Assembly: GCA_024704765.1 (NCBI GenBank)
Contig: JAKMXF010000334.1
Location: 186,001 to 250,000, forward strand
Direction of reading: 5' to 3'
Source: Oopsacas minuta
Lineage: Eukaryota; Animalia; Porifera
DNA length: 64,000 bases
A program made the position numbers and the translations under genes. The notes beneath the pieces are model-generated. The model saw only the letters and a program-made list of their open reading frames with translations, was not told the DNA's origin and searched no databases. The number at the start of each line of letters is the position of its first letter. Within the stretch, counting starts at the first letter, position 1. Of this stretch, positions 40,133 to 50,301 are shown one piece after another.

Positions 40133-41389
40133 ATGGCTACAGCTTCCCTTGATATCGAGAGAGAAGATAATTTCGAAATAGAAATCCAGAGAGTCAGAGA
40201 GAATATTCAAATTCAATTCATTCAAATAATCGATTGTTTAAAAGTTAGAGAGAATGTACTTTTGAAAGAATTAGATAATGTTTTAGCTTCTTATTACAAA
40301 TATCGGAATGAAATCAGAGAATTTGAATATAATTCACATAACCATGAGAATATACAAGTACAAACATCAAACCAATTACCGGTTCTATCTCCTGCCATTT
40401 CCTTACAAGATAACAGTTCAGAACGAATCAATGAAGTACAAGACTCAATTAAAACGCCTCAACAACCTCATATGGTTAAGTTTGTGTGTGATAACAGCAA
40501 GTTATTATCTGAAGCAGACAATTTGGGTAAGTTAGTGGAGAGTGTAGGGGATGTAATTAACTATACAATCAAGTCAAAACCTATAATTAGTGTATGTAAG
40601 GGAGGATATGAAATAGACCAGCTTTACCGACCACATGGTGTTACTTTTGATAGAAATAGCGGGAATATTTACGTAGCTGATTGTTATAATAATTGTGTAA
40701 AAGTATTTGATTGTGTTGGTAGATATATCTTTAAAATTGGAGACGATTATGGTGATGGAAAGATGAAATGGCCGAGAAGTTTAGCAATTTGTGGAGACAG
40801 AATCTTGATTACTCAAGGAGATGTTATTTCACAATCAACTCATAAAATATTTTCCTTTAGCCTTGATGGTATATTTGTTTGTAAGATAGGTAAACGTGGA
40901 ACAGGAGAACTCAAATTTATTTTGCCTACTGGTCTTACATTTGATGAATTTACAGAATACGTTTATGTTTGTGATTCAGGTAATAACCGGGTTCAAGTAT
41001 TGGCCAAAGACTTAACTTACATTTCCCAGTTTGGAAGAGAGATACTCTTCGAACCATGTGACGTCAAACTTTCAATAGAATACATTTTTGTTCTCGATAA
41101 TTTGGATCCTTGTCTCCATCTCTTTGATTATGATCATGTTCCAAAGAAGAGTGTTATTTCTCGGAAAACTGGATTACAAAATATTAATCCTTTCTATTTC
41201 TTCATTGATAAATATGATAACATTCTATTTTCAGAAAATGACTATAATTCTATTCTCATTTTTAATTCTGAATTCAATTTTGTACATCGCATCACCGTTT
41301 CAACTTCTCCAATGGGTATTGCAGTTGATCAACAAGGACGAGTTATTATAGTATGTCAAGCTAAAAATAACTGTTTACAGATATTTTAA
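40133..41389 (+). CDS. Coiled-coil + NHL-repeat protein, intact, single exon
   Basis: 418 aa; N-terminal helix (IIDCLKVRENVLLKELD), NHL blades (LYRPHGVTFD..GNIYVADCYNNCVKVFD; YVCDSGNNRVQV; PMGIAVDQQGRVI). Confidence 0.9.
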   Translation: MATASLDIEREDNFEIEIQRVRENIQIQFIQIIDCLKVRENVLLKELDNVLASYYKYRNEIREFEYNSHNHENIQVQTSNQLPVLSPAISLQDNSSERINEVQDSIKTPQQPHMVKFVCDNSKLLSEADNLGKLVESVGDVINYTIKSKPIISVCKGGYEIDQLYRPHGVTFDRNSGNIYVADCYNNCVKVFDCVGRYIFKIGDDYGDGKMKWPRSLAICGDRILITQGDVISQSTHKIFSFSLDGIFVCKIGKRGTGELKFILPTGLTFDEFTEYVYVCDSGNNRVQVLAKDLTYISQFGREILFEPCDVKLSIEYIFVLDNLDPCLHLFDYDHVPKKSVISRKTGLQNINPFYFFIDKYDNILFSENDYNSILIFNSEFNFVHRITVSTSPMGIAVDQQGRVIIVCQAKNNCLQIF

Positions 41390-42514
41390 GAACTACGCTC
41401 TGTATTATTAATGGACTGATTAAAGTCATTTGTATTACTGAGTAGTTCGTAGAATAAACTAGATTACATATCTTGAATTTGACAAAATTATAACAATTGC
41501 ATGTATTGTATTATCCATGGTTCGTATGTATTATAGAATAACCATTGTCTCCCCTAAGACTTACGGCGACACAATACTGGCTCCGCAGATTTCGAATATC
41601 AACCCGCCACATCTTGTCTCGAATGTTGCTCAATATTCCAAAATTTACTCGTTTCCCGAAATTATCCAATATACGTAGTTACTATGTGATTATTTACATA
41701 TACCGTATGATGCGTGTTCATAAACCTTATTGGTCAAAAATTTGACGTCAGGATATGTTAGATATGGAAGGGTACTTGTGATTCACATTTCAACCATTTT
41801 TCGATAAAAATTTGGAACTCATACATAATAGAAGATATAAACTAATATGTGCTATGCGTGTGGAATGTGATATATCTATAGCAAACTAAATTACAGCGAT
41901 ATATCAAAAAACTCTCTGAAATATCAAAATGTCTTGCCTGTCAGATATGAGAGTTTACGAATAAGGAAAATAATATATTATTAGATTTTAGGCTCTAACA
42001 AAGGTTAATTAGATTGCAATAATTAACAAATTGTTCCTATTTTTCAAATTATTCAAAAGCCAATTTATTAAACCTGTAACTAAGTTTGTGAATGTAATTA
42101 CTGTAATTAGAAATTATATTACCGCTTATAGTGAGTAGTTCAAATGTTAAGATATACTCAAGCGGTGAAAGACATGTAGACAAATTATTGATCAATTCCA
42201 TAAACATCTACCTAATTAGATTTTGTGTAACTAATGATTACTTTGTGGTCAATGTAATGCTATTATGAGACATGTAAATGATTGATATACATCTGTTCAA
42301 TAGTAAATAACAAAGAATACAGTGGGCACCCAAAGGGTGCCACGCGCGAACACAAAGTGTTCGCTTGTCGCGCAAAGCAAGTAAGCGTAGCTTCCTTGTT
42401 AATTATAATTAATTTAAAATCGGGGAAAAACAAATTTATTTTGTATAATCAATATCAGAATAATTCATTAATTCATGAATCAGTCAATTTATCCATAAAT
42501 TCATTCCTTGACAT

Positions 42515-42517
<3 letters not shown>

Positions 42518-42551
<34 letters not shown>

Positions 42552-42570
42552 TGACTGACAGACTGACGGA
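42518..42570. repeat. (GACA)n microsatellite, probably within a dispersed repeat
   Basis: Read directly; a similar downstream end (..AAACTAACAAA..TAATATAGA) recurs at about 61945-61990. Confidence 0.85.
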
Positions 42571-42850
42571 TAAACTAACAAAATTTGCAATTTCATAATA
42601 TAGACTTGCTGTATATGAATGTAATCATATTTGGAGCATCTTTTTGAGTTTGACATTTGGTTAATTCTTCTCACCGTGTTACGCTAACATTAATTATTCG
42701 AATTTATCAGTATGCATAGTGAGCTAGTATTGATAAGGATATAATAGAGTGCAAGTTTCATGGAGTAGAGTTCATCTTGTCATAGGAATTACCTACAAAT
42801 CAAGTACTAATTGTGGAAGCTTTATCTCAATCATCATTTCTCAAACGAAA

Positions 42851-43720
42851 ATGAATTTGAAAACCAATAAATTTATATTTTTAACGCTAATAATATTTAT
42901 ACTTAACAGTCTGTACCTATCATGGGATTATTTCAAACAACTTTGTTGTGAAGATTGTGTTACCAGTAATAATAACAAAAATGAGTCATACCTTTTGTTT
43001 ATTCTAATACCCACAGCTCCAAATAATTTTGCCAATCGTGAGGCTATTAGAAAAACATGGGGAAATACAATTAGCAAATATGATTCTATCAATTACGCTT
43101 TTATTGTTGGAAATATCGGAGTATCAATATCGGTAATGTCTGCTCTATTAGAAGAGAAAGATAAGTTTGGGGATATTGTGATATTGGATGGAGTGGAAGA
43201 GGAATTTTCTAAATTGACAAGAAAGGTACTGAAAGCTTTTACATGGGCCAGTGAACACATAGATTCTGTTTACTATTTCAAGGCTGATGATGACTGTTAT
43301 ATTGTGATTGACAATGTTTACAAAACTATAACGGATAGGAATTTCAGGACTGAGAAACTTATTTTTGGACACAAAATGGTTGGATCTGCAGTACTCCCTA
43401 AAGGGAGATGGGCGGAATTGGGGTGGTTTCTTTGTCCAAGAGTTTATCTTCCCTATCCATCTGGTATGGCGTATATCCTGACTAAAGATGTAGTTAAATT
43501 CTTGAATATTAATTCAGACAGATTAATGATTTACAATAACGAAGATGCTTCACTAGGGTCCTGGGTAGCCGGACTTAAACTCACTTTTGTGAATGATCCT
43601 AGGGTCATTATATCTGCTCATTCTTGTCTACCATCTGTATGGGCTATACACGGTTACGGCCATAAAAGATTTGCAGAAATTCATTCTTCTTTGTTGAGTG
43701 GCACTATACATTGTCCTTAA
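42851..43720 (+). CDS. B3GALT6: Beta-1,3-galactosyltransferase 6-like (GT31), type II membrane protein
   Basis: N-terminal TM; NFANREAIRKTW, KADDDCY, GRWAELGWFLC..YLPY, EDASLGSW..DPR. ATG at 42851 preferred over the upstream GTG in the ORF track. Confidence 0.85.
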   Translation: MNLKTNKFIFLTLIIFILNSLYLSWDYFKQLCCEDCVTSNNNKNESYLLFILIPTAPNNFANREAIRKTWGNTISKYDSINYAFIVGNIGVSISVMSALLEEKDKFGDIVILDGVEEEFSKLTRKVLKAFTWASEHIDSVYYFKADDDCYIVIDNVYKTITDRNFRTEKLIFGHKMVGSAVLPKGRWAELGWFLCPRVYLPYPSGMAYILTKDVVKFLNINSDRLMIYNNEDASLGSWVAGLKLTFVNDPRVIISAHSCLPSVWAIHGYGHKRFAEIHSSLLSGTIHCP

Positions 43721-43952
43721 CCACACAATATTTAATATTTTTATTATTTGCAAAACCTTATGTACCAACTAATTCTTCCAATTGAAATGTCGTTCAGTTT
43801 TGAATTAATACTTTTATACATACGAGCGCGCTTCGCTTGCTCTCGCTTACAAATGAGAAACTTGACAATGCGAAATTTGTATTAAGCATAGTTGATTACC
43901 CATGTATATCTGATGAGAGCAAATCTCTACGTATATTTCGAGATTAAAACTA

Positions 43953-44292
43953 CAGTCGAACCTCCGAGATCCGGACCTCCAAGATACGGGCACCTCCAAG
44001 ATACGGGCACCTCCAAGATACGGGCACCTCCCTCAACCGGGCACCCTTATTTTATATCAGTCCAACAGAATTTCACCATTTCATATAATTCTCCTCATAC
44101 TAACGGTGACTTCAGTTACTATATTTCATATTGGATTACGTTTGTATACAGTATGTAAACTTAATAACAGAATTAGATACCTAAGGGAACTCATATGTAC
44201 ATTATGTGTTGTAACTGCCATAGAGTTAATGATATTTCCGAGATCCGGGCACCCTCCGGTCCCACACTACCCGGATCTCGGAGGTTATACTG
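43953..44292. mobile_element. pogo/Tigger-like MITE with internal 17-bp tandem repeats (GGGCACCTCCAAGATAC)
   Basis: TIR CAGTCGAACCTCCGAGATCCGG / CCGGATCTCGGAGGTTATACTG; TA flanks. Confidence 0.8.
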
Positions 44293-44828
44293 TATTTGTT
44301 TACTTTATATTCATTAAAAACAACAACAAATATATTTACATGATTAATGACGCGCAAATGATTTGCAGTAAGAAGTCTGAAATGAACTTTAATATTGCTC
44401 AAAATTTGAATATTTGATATTTTCATTAGATTGTAATTTTTGACCATGGATGTATGCGTTTTCTACATTCTTTTAGAATAATATTCTCTGACTGCATTTT
44501 GTTGTTCAAATACAAAATCTGTGGGCAATTCAATCAATATTTTCTAGTTGAACTCTTGTTAGAGTCCCTCTGGTTGTTTTCTATCCACTAAATACGAATT
44601 TATATTTTTATAGAATTTATTGATGACTAATTATTAAGAGGTAATTCCAGATAAGGAGTACAAATTTGTACACTTTATCAGTCCCCTTCGATGTTTTTTC
44701 AATGTTAATTAGTTCGGATAAGGAGTAGGAATTTGGCAGTCCCATGTTGTACGTATTTTCGAGACTCTACTGTATGTGTAACCAATTCATGAATCAATTA
44801 GTGTATATTTTAGTAATTATATCGCGTC

Positions 44829-45449
44829 ATGGCAAAAAGGAAAGGGTTGTCACTAGATGATAAGAGACAGAAAATAATGCAGATATTTGCAGAAAAACAG
44901 GAATTCTTTCAACTGAAAGAAATAGAAGTTTTGGCCAAGAAAGAAAAAGGCCTGAATCCAATGCAAGTGAAAGATTTAGTCCAGTCATTAGTTGATGACG
45001 ATATGATAGATATGGAAAAGGTTGGTATATCTAGTTACTACTGGGCTTTCAGGAGTAAATTGTCAGCTAAAAAGAAATTGAAGTTAGACACTGTGAAAGG
45101 AAACCTGAAAGAATTGGAAGAAAAGGAAAAAATTTTGAAATCAAGGTTAGAATCATCAAAGATTAGTCGTGAAGAGTGTGAAGAGAGAGATAAAATATCG
45201 GAAGAAATCGAAGAGAAGTCTCTGAAGGTAGCTTCTATTCAGAAAGAATTGGAAGAATTGAAAGATTCTGATCCATCTTTATGGGAAGAGAGGGAGGAAG
45301 AGATAAAATTAGCTCTGACAGCAGCTAACAGATGGACTGACAATATATTCTCTCTGGTGAGTTGGTGTAAATCCAAGTTCAATATGGAAGAGAAGAGTTT
45401 AAATGACGCATTTGGTATTCCTGAAGATTTGGATTACGTAGAGAACTGA
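44829..45449 (+). CDS. MND1: Meiotic nuclear division protein 1, single exon
   Basis: 206 aa; KGLSLDDKRQKI, FFQLKEIE..KEKG..MQVKDLVQSLVDDDM, EKVGISSYYWAF, AANRWTDNIF, FGIPEDLDY. Confidence 0.96.
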   Translation: MAKRKGLSLDDKRQKIMQIFAEKQEFFQLKEIEVLAKKEKGLNPMQVKDLVQSLVDDDMIDMEKVGISSYYWAFRSKLSAKKKLKLDTVKGNLKELEEKEKILKSRLESSKISREECEERDKISEEIEEKSLKVASIQKELEELKDSDPSLWEEREEEIKLALTAANRWTDNIFSLVSWCKSKFNMEEKSLNDAFGIPEDLDYVEN

Positions 45450-45949
45450 TTATTTTGATTGGATTATTGGCATAACTTATCACTTTGAAACGAATCCTTG
45501 ATTTTTGATATTTCTTTATTATTTATGGGGGATTTTAATGTAAATAGCTGCTACATGTTCCAGACGTCCGTTAGTTTTAATATTTTCACTGCGGATCTGA
45601 ACCATCTCGTAGATTCCAAAAATGTAATCATATTATTTCATATTCATCCAAATTTTTGGCTGCGAATGGCTTATGAAATTTTAGGAATTTTGGCTGACTC
45701 TAATACTCCAATCGTCGGTGCATCTAGTTTCTAATCCTTTAAACTGAAAAGTAAGTAAATAGAATGTCAATATAATGAATATTGCGACTTTCAACAGCAT
45801 TCAAGTTATGCTATAGCAAAATCACTTCCGCTATGACTGTATCTTAAATGCTGATAAGAGGGAATAAACCTGTGAGGCAGAATCTTATGATTTAGGTGGG
45901 ATATCTTATAGTACACTTCCTTTACATTGAAATAGCTTTAATCTAATCC

Positions 45950-46276
45950 ATGGTTGTATTATCTATATTTAGCATGGTAGATCCTGAAACAGAATCTCAT
46001 AGAAGCATCTCTTCTCAGCCTGAACGTCCTTTTGATAGACTCCCGATAATTCCATCCATTTCCACTGACTTTTCCCCAGAAGATGAGATAACTACAGATT
46101 ACATGCTACATAACTTAATAAGGAAAGTTGAAAAAGAATGGCTATTCAATATAATTTTCATTATTCTTTTCATCCTAACATTTATATGCTTGTTTATATC
46201 TATTTTAATAGCTATTTGGGGAGACGAATGGTTTTCTAAAGTGAATTTCACGATAAATTGTGGATATACTAGTTGA
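45950..46276 (+). CDS. Small single-pass membrane protein of unknown function
   Basis: 108-aa ATG ORF with S/P/E-rich N-terminus and one strong hydrophobic segment (WLFNIIFIILFILTFICLFISILIAIW). No recognised family. Confidence 0.45.
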   Translation: MVVLSIFSMVDPETESHRSISSQPERPFDRLPIIPSISTDFSPEDEITTDYMLHNLIRKVEKEWLFNIIFIILFILTFICLFISILIAIWGDEWFSKVNFTINCGYTS

Positions 46277-46930
46277 TAATATATTATTCAAATGATATTG
46301 TTTTACCTTGTATTCTAAAGTAGACCTTAATAATCCGTACAGGGCATACAGCCCAATTCTACAGCGGATTAATACATACAGCGGATTAATACATACAGTA
46401 GAATTATATGTTGTTATGTACTGGGCTAAGATGTACAATCGGTTATTACCTCCTTTTCTCCAAAACGGTTTATCAATTCTTGTATAAAAATAAGAATATT
46501 CGAATATGATCAACTTGGGTTAGTACTTACTAATTTTTATTCTCCGAAGGGTTCTGTCTTGTCCGAGTTCTATTATAATACTATACTCCACATGTTGGCA
46601 GGCTTTTCATTGTTTTACAACATTCGCGAACCTGTAACACTCGATAAATAGTGTTACAATGCGACTGTAGCTAGCACTAATCCGAATTGTTTCATTAGTA
46701 CCGGGCTGCTTGAATTACGAGGGCAACTGTTTCCGTTTTATCTATCCATTCATGTTCTATCGATTACTTGCTTAACAAGCGAATAGTATCAGCTAGTGAG
46801 TACTCACGTAGAGTGTGTGTAATTTGTGAATATTCTAATTTCCATATTAGTATAATTATCAGTTTATCACTCAAGAATTACTCAGATGACGTAATCTGAA
46901 TTATAAAGAGAGCTAAGCTACTGATTGGTT

Positions 46931-47819
46931 NNNNNNNNNNNNNNNNNNNNNNNNNNNNNNNNNNNNNNNNNNNNNNNNNNNNNNNNNNNNNNNNNNNNNN
47001 NNNNNNNNNNNNNNNNNNNNNNNNNNNNNNNNNNNNNNNNNNNNNNNNNNNNNNNNNNNNNNNNNNNNNNNNNNNNNNNNNNNNNNNNNNNNNNNNNNNN
47101 NNNNNNNNNNNNNNNNNNNNNNNNNNNNNNNNNNNNNNNNNNNNNNNNNNNNNNNNNNNNNNNNNNNNNNNNNNNNNNNNNNNNNNNNNNNNNNNNNNNN
47201 NNNNNNNNNNNNNNNNNNNNNNNNNNNNNNNNNNNNNNNNNNNNNNNNNNNNNNNNNNNNNNNNNNNNNNNNNNNNNNNNNNNNNNNNNNNNNNNNNNNN
47301 NNNNNNNNNNNNNNNNNNNNNNNNNNNNNNNNNNNNNNNNNNNNNNNNNNNNNNNNNNNNNNNNNNNNNNNNNNNNNNNNNNNNNNNNNNNNNNNNNNNN
47401 NNNNNNNNNNNNNNNNNNNNNNNNNNNNNNNNNNNNNNNNNNNNNNNNNNNNNNNNNNNNNNNNNNNNNNNNNNNNNNNNNNNNNNNNNNNNNNNNNNNN
47501 NNNNNNNNNNNNNNNNNNNNNNNNNNNNNNNNNNNNNNNNNNNNNNNNNNNNNNNNNNNNNNNNNNNNNNNNNNNNNNNNNNNNNNNNNNNNNNNNNNNN
47601 NNNNNNNNNNNNNNNNNNNNNNNNNNNNNNNNNNNNNNNNNNNNNNNNNNNNNNNNNNNNNNNNNNNNNNNNNNNNNNNNNNNNNNNNNNNNNNNNNNNN
47701 NNNNNNNNNNNNNNNNNNNNNNNNNNNNNNNNNNNNNNNNNNNNNNNNNNNNNNNNNNNNNNNNNNNNNNNNNNNNNNNNNNNNNNNNNNNNNNNNNNNN
47801 NNNNNNNNNNNNNNNNNNN
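46931..47819. other. Assembly gap (N run)
   Basis: Run of N. Confidence 1.
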
Positions 47820-48671
47820 TGTGAGATTACTGTAGATCGTGTAGTAGACGCACACAAGGTAGAGACTGACAAGCATAAGTTTCGATTAGTCAGCATAACT
47901 TCAGATAATGGAGAATTACAATAACCTATTATCCACAGTTCTTAATCTTGTTGTTATTCCATGGAGTTGTATAATCACACTTATAATTTGAACTTTATAT
48001 ATTTTTCCAGTAATTGAACCGTGTCAGGACCCTCAGAGACCAATACAGTAGGCTCTCAATGATAAGTGTACCGTTGATATGTCTTACTCCTTACCGGCAA
48101 GGTATCCGATAAATATGGTTTTTCCCAAAATTGGAATCTATTATAGTACTCGAAAACCCTGACTATCCGTTCAAATGAAATTCCCAGCATCTTTTTGAAA
48201 TATGTTCCAAAATGTGTGAAAAATAGATTGATCATATGATATATCTGTGAATTTAAATACCCGCGGTGCAAATCTCCGACCCAAAATCTCTCTCTATATA
48301 TATCTAGTAGAATTCGGTTATTGACAATATTATTTTATTGTCAACCTATTTTCAAAATGTTCCCTTATTACGGCTGCGCTGATGGACGGAAGTCGCACAT
48401 CATAGATGTCATTAGGACATCTGATTCTCCCTATAGGGCCTGTGCTAAAATAGAACGTGTTAACAGTGTATAATATAATATCGGATACCGACAATTCGCA
48501 CCACGGCAATTCGCACCTAATTTGATTGGCCTACTGTATCCACTTGCCCAGCCTCAACAGATGCTCCTGGACTTTGAGAAGGGCCCGATTACCAGCTTTG
48601 AGCATGTCTGGCCTAACACAGTAGTGAAGTGCTGCTTCTTCCACCTCACACAGAATATCTGGCGACATGTG

Positions 48672-49201
48672 NNNNNNNNNNNNNNNNNNNNNNNNNNNNN
48701 NNNNNNNNNNNNNNNNNNNNNNNNNNNNNNNNNNNNNNNNNNNNNNNNNNNNNNNNNNNNNNNNNNNNNNNNNNNNNNNNNNNNNNNNNNNNNNNNNNNN
48801 NNNNNNNNNNNNNNNNNNNNNNNNNNNNNNNNNNNNNNNNNNNNNNNNNNNNNNNNNNNNNNNNNNNNNNNNNNNNNNNNNNNNNNNNNNNNNNNNNNNN
48901 NNNNNNNNNNNNNNNNNNNNNNNNNNNNNNNNNNNNNNNNNNNNNNNNNNNNNNNNNNNNNNNNNNNNNNNNNNNNNNNNNNNNNNNNNNNNNNNNNNNN
49001 NNNNNNNNNNNNNNNNNNNNNNNNNNNNNNNNNNNNNNNNNNNNNNNNNNNNNNNNNNNNNNNNNNNNNNNNNNNNNNNNNNNNNNNNNNNNNNNNNNNN
49101 NNNNNNNNNNNNNNNNNNNNNNNNNNNNNNNNNNNNNNNNNNNNNNNNNNNNNNNNNNNNNNNNNNNNNNNNNNNNNNNNNNNNNNNNNNNNNNNNNNNN
49201 N
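48672..49201. other. Assembly gap (N run) inside the left arm of the palindromic element
   Basis: Run of N. Confidence 1.
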
Positions 49202-49277
49202 CCGATTAACATGTTAATCTAAAGGATTATCTAGCCCTCAAATACATTGATTAGAGATAATCCTTTAGATTAACATG

Positions 49278-49988
49278 TTAATCGGCTCCCAGACTGAAAT
49301 GATGTGCTACACCCTGCAAGAACTCCATTTTAGAACGATCTTGAGAATAATATTCACGAACTAGAGTCTTCAACGCTTCCTCACTCTGTTGGGACCGCCT
49401 TCGCTTGGTTGGTGGCTTGCCAACGAGGTAGTTAGTATGCCGCACCTCCACTAGGCCCTGCTCACGCTTGAGGGCTAGGAGGAACTTCCATATGGTGGGG
49501 TGATGGCAGTCGACAGTGGCATTGAAGCTGTGGTGCCATGCCTCCACGGCGTTGGTTGTACGGGGGAGCCCGAAGGGCGTGCTGAGGTGGTAGTTCCACA
49601 GGTCGATGGGGAACGTCGCCGCTACATGGTATCCACTGGCTAGCGTGCGACCGATATACGTCCTCTCAAAGTAGTCGACTAGTTCGCCTATCTCAGACGT
49701 AAGGGGGAGGTCCATTGCCACTTGATCAAACAGATCGTGTACGTCTGCTGGTCGGGCAAAAGCAAGGGCTGGTATCCTCCGGATGCACATAGCCAACTCT
49801 TCGTCATGTGTGTAGGCAGACTGCAGCCCTACAGACTGCACATGTCGCCAGATATTCTGTGTGAGGTGGAAGAAGCAGCACTTCACTACTGTGTTAGGCC
49901 AGACATGCTCAAAGCTGGTAATCGGGCCCTTCTCAAAGTCCAGGAGCATCTGTTGAGGCTGGGCAAGTGGATACAGTAGGCCAATCAA
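49278..49988 (-). pseudogene. 3' half of a MULE (Mutator) transposase; mirrored copy begins at 48522 on +
   Basis: LLDFE, KCCFFHLTQNIWR (CxxH), YFERTYIG, RTTNAVEAWH, HPTIWKFL. No N-terminal half and no ATG at the start; the open frame begins directly after the 15-mer array. Confidence 0.85.
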
Positions 49989-49992
49989 ATTA

Positions 49993-50143
49993 GGTGCGAA
50001 TTGTCGTGGTGCGAATTGTCGCTGGTGCGAATTGTCGCGGTGCGAATTGTCGTGGTGCGAATTGTCGCGGTGCGAATTGTCGTGGTGCGAATTGTCGCGG
50101 TGCGAATTGTCGTGGTGCGAATTGTCGTGGTGCGAATTGTCGG
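49993..50143. repeat. Subterminal tandem array, 10 x 15-bp GGTGCGAATTGTCGY (2 units in the mirrored arm at about 48487-48517)
   Basis: Read directly; one unit has an extra base. Confidence 0.95.
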
Positions 50144-50301
50144 TATTCCGTATAATATGTATACGAATAGAAAATCTGTTTTGGAGAAAAGTCCCGATTG
50201 CAAGTGTTAAGCTTATTACGTATGCTAACCGAACTCTATTGTATATTATTCAGTGGATAACAGGCATCTATTGTATCCCGCTTCTATATTAGATTATTCT
50301 C

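Larger units (their letters stand above)
48482..50150. mobile_element. Palindromic (foldback-like) MULE-derived element with 8-bp TSD TATAATAT
   Basis: Termini CGGATACCGAC / GTCGGTATTCCG; TATAATAT at 48474-48481 and 50151-50158; 48522-48671 is the exact reverse complement of 49839-49988; symmetry centre at 49202-49285. Confidence 0.8.

Noticed and set aside
5541-44447. Numerous 60-110 aa ORFs antisense to or overlapping real genes, or in AT-rich spacers
   Set aside because: Non-ATG starts, low complexity, no motifs; expected by chance or as antisense shadows.
46878-49222. Long ORFs full of X in the ORF track
   Set aside because: Artefacts of N runs; only 48522-48671 is real coding-like sequence.
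49985-50292. Repetitive ORFs (TTIRT.., SWCEL.., RIVVV..) and CRISPR-like look of the 15-mer array
   Set aside because: Pure tandem repeat with no spacers, no cas genes, eukaryotic context; ORFs are by-products of a stop-free 15-mer.
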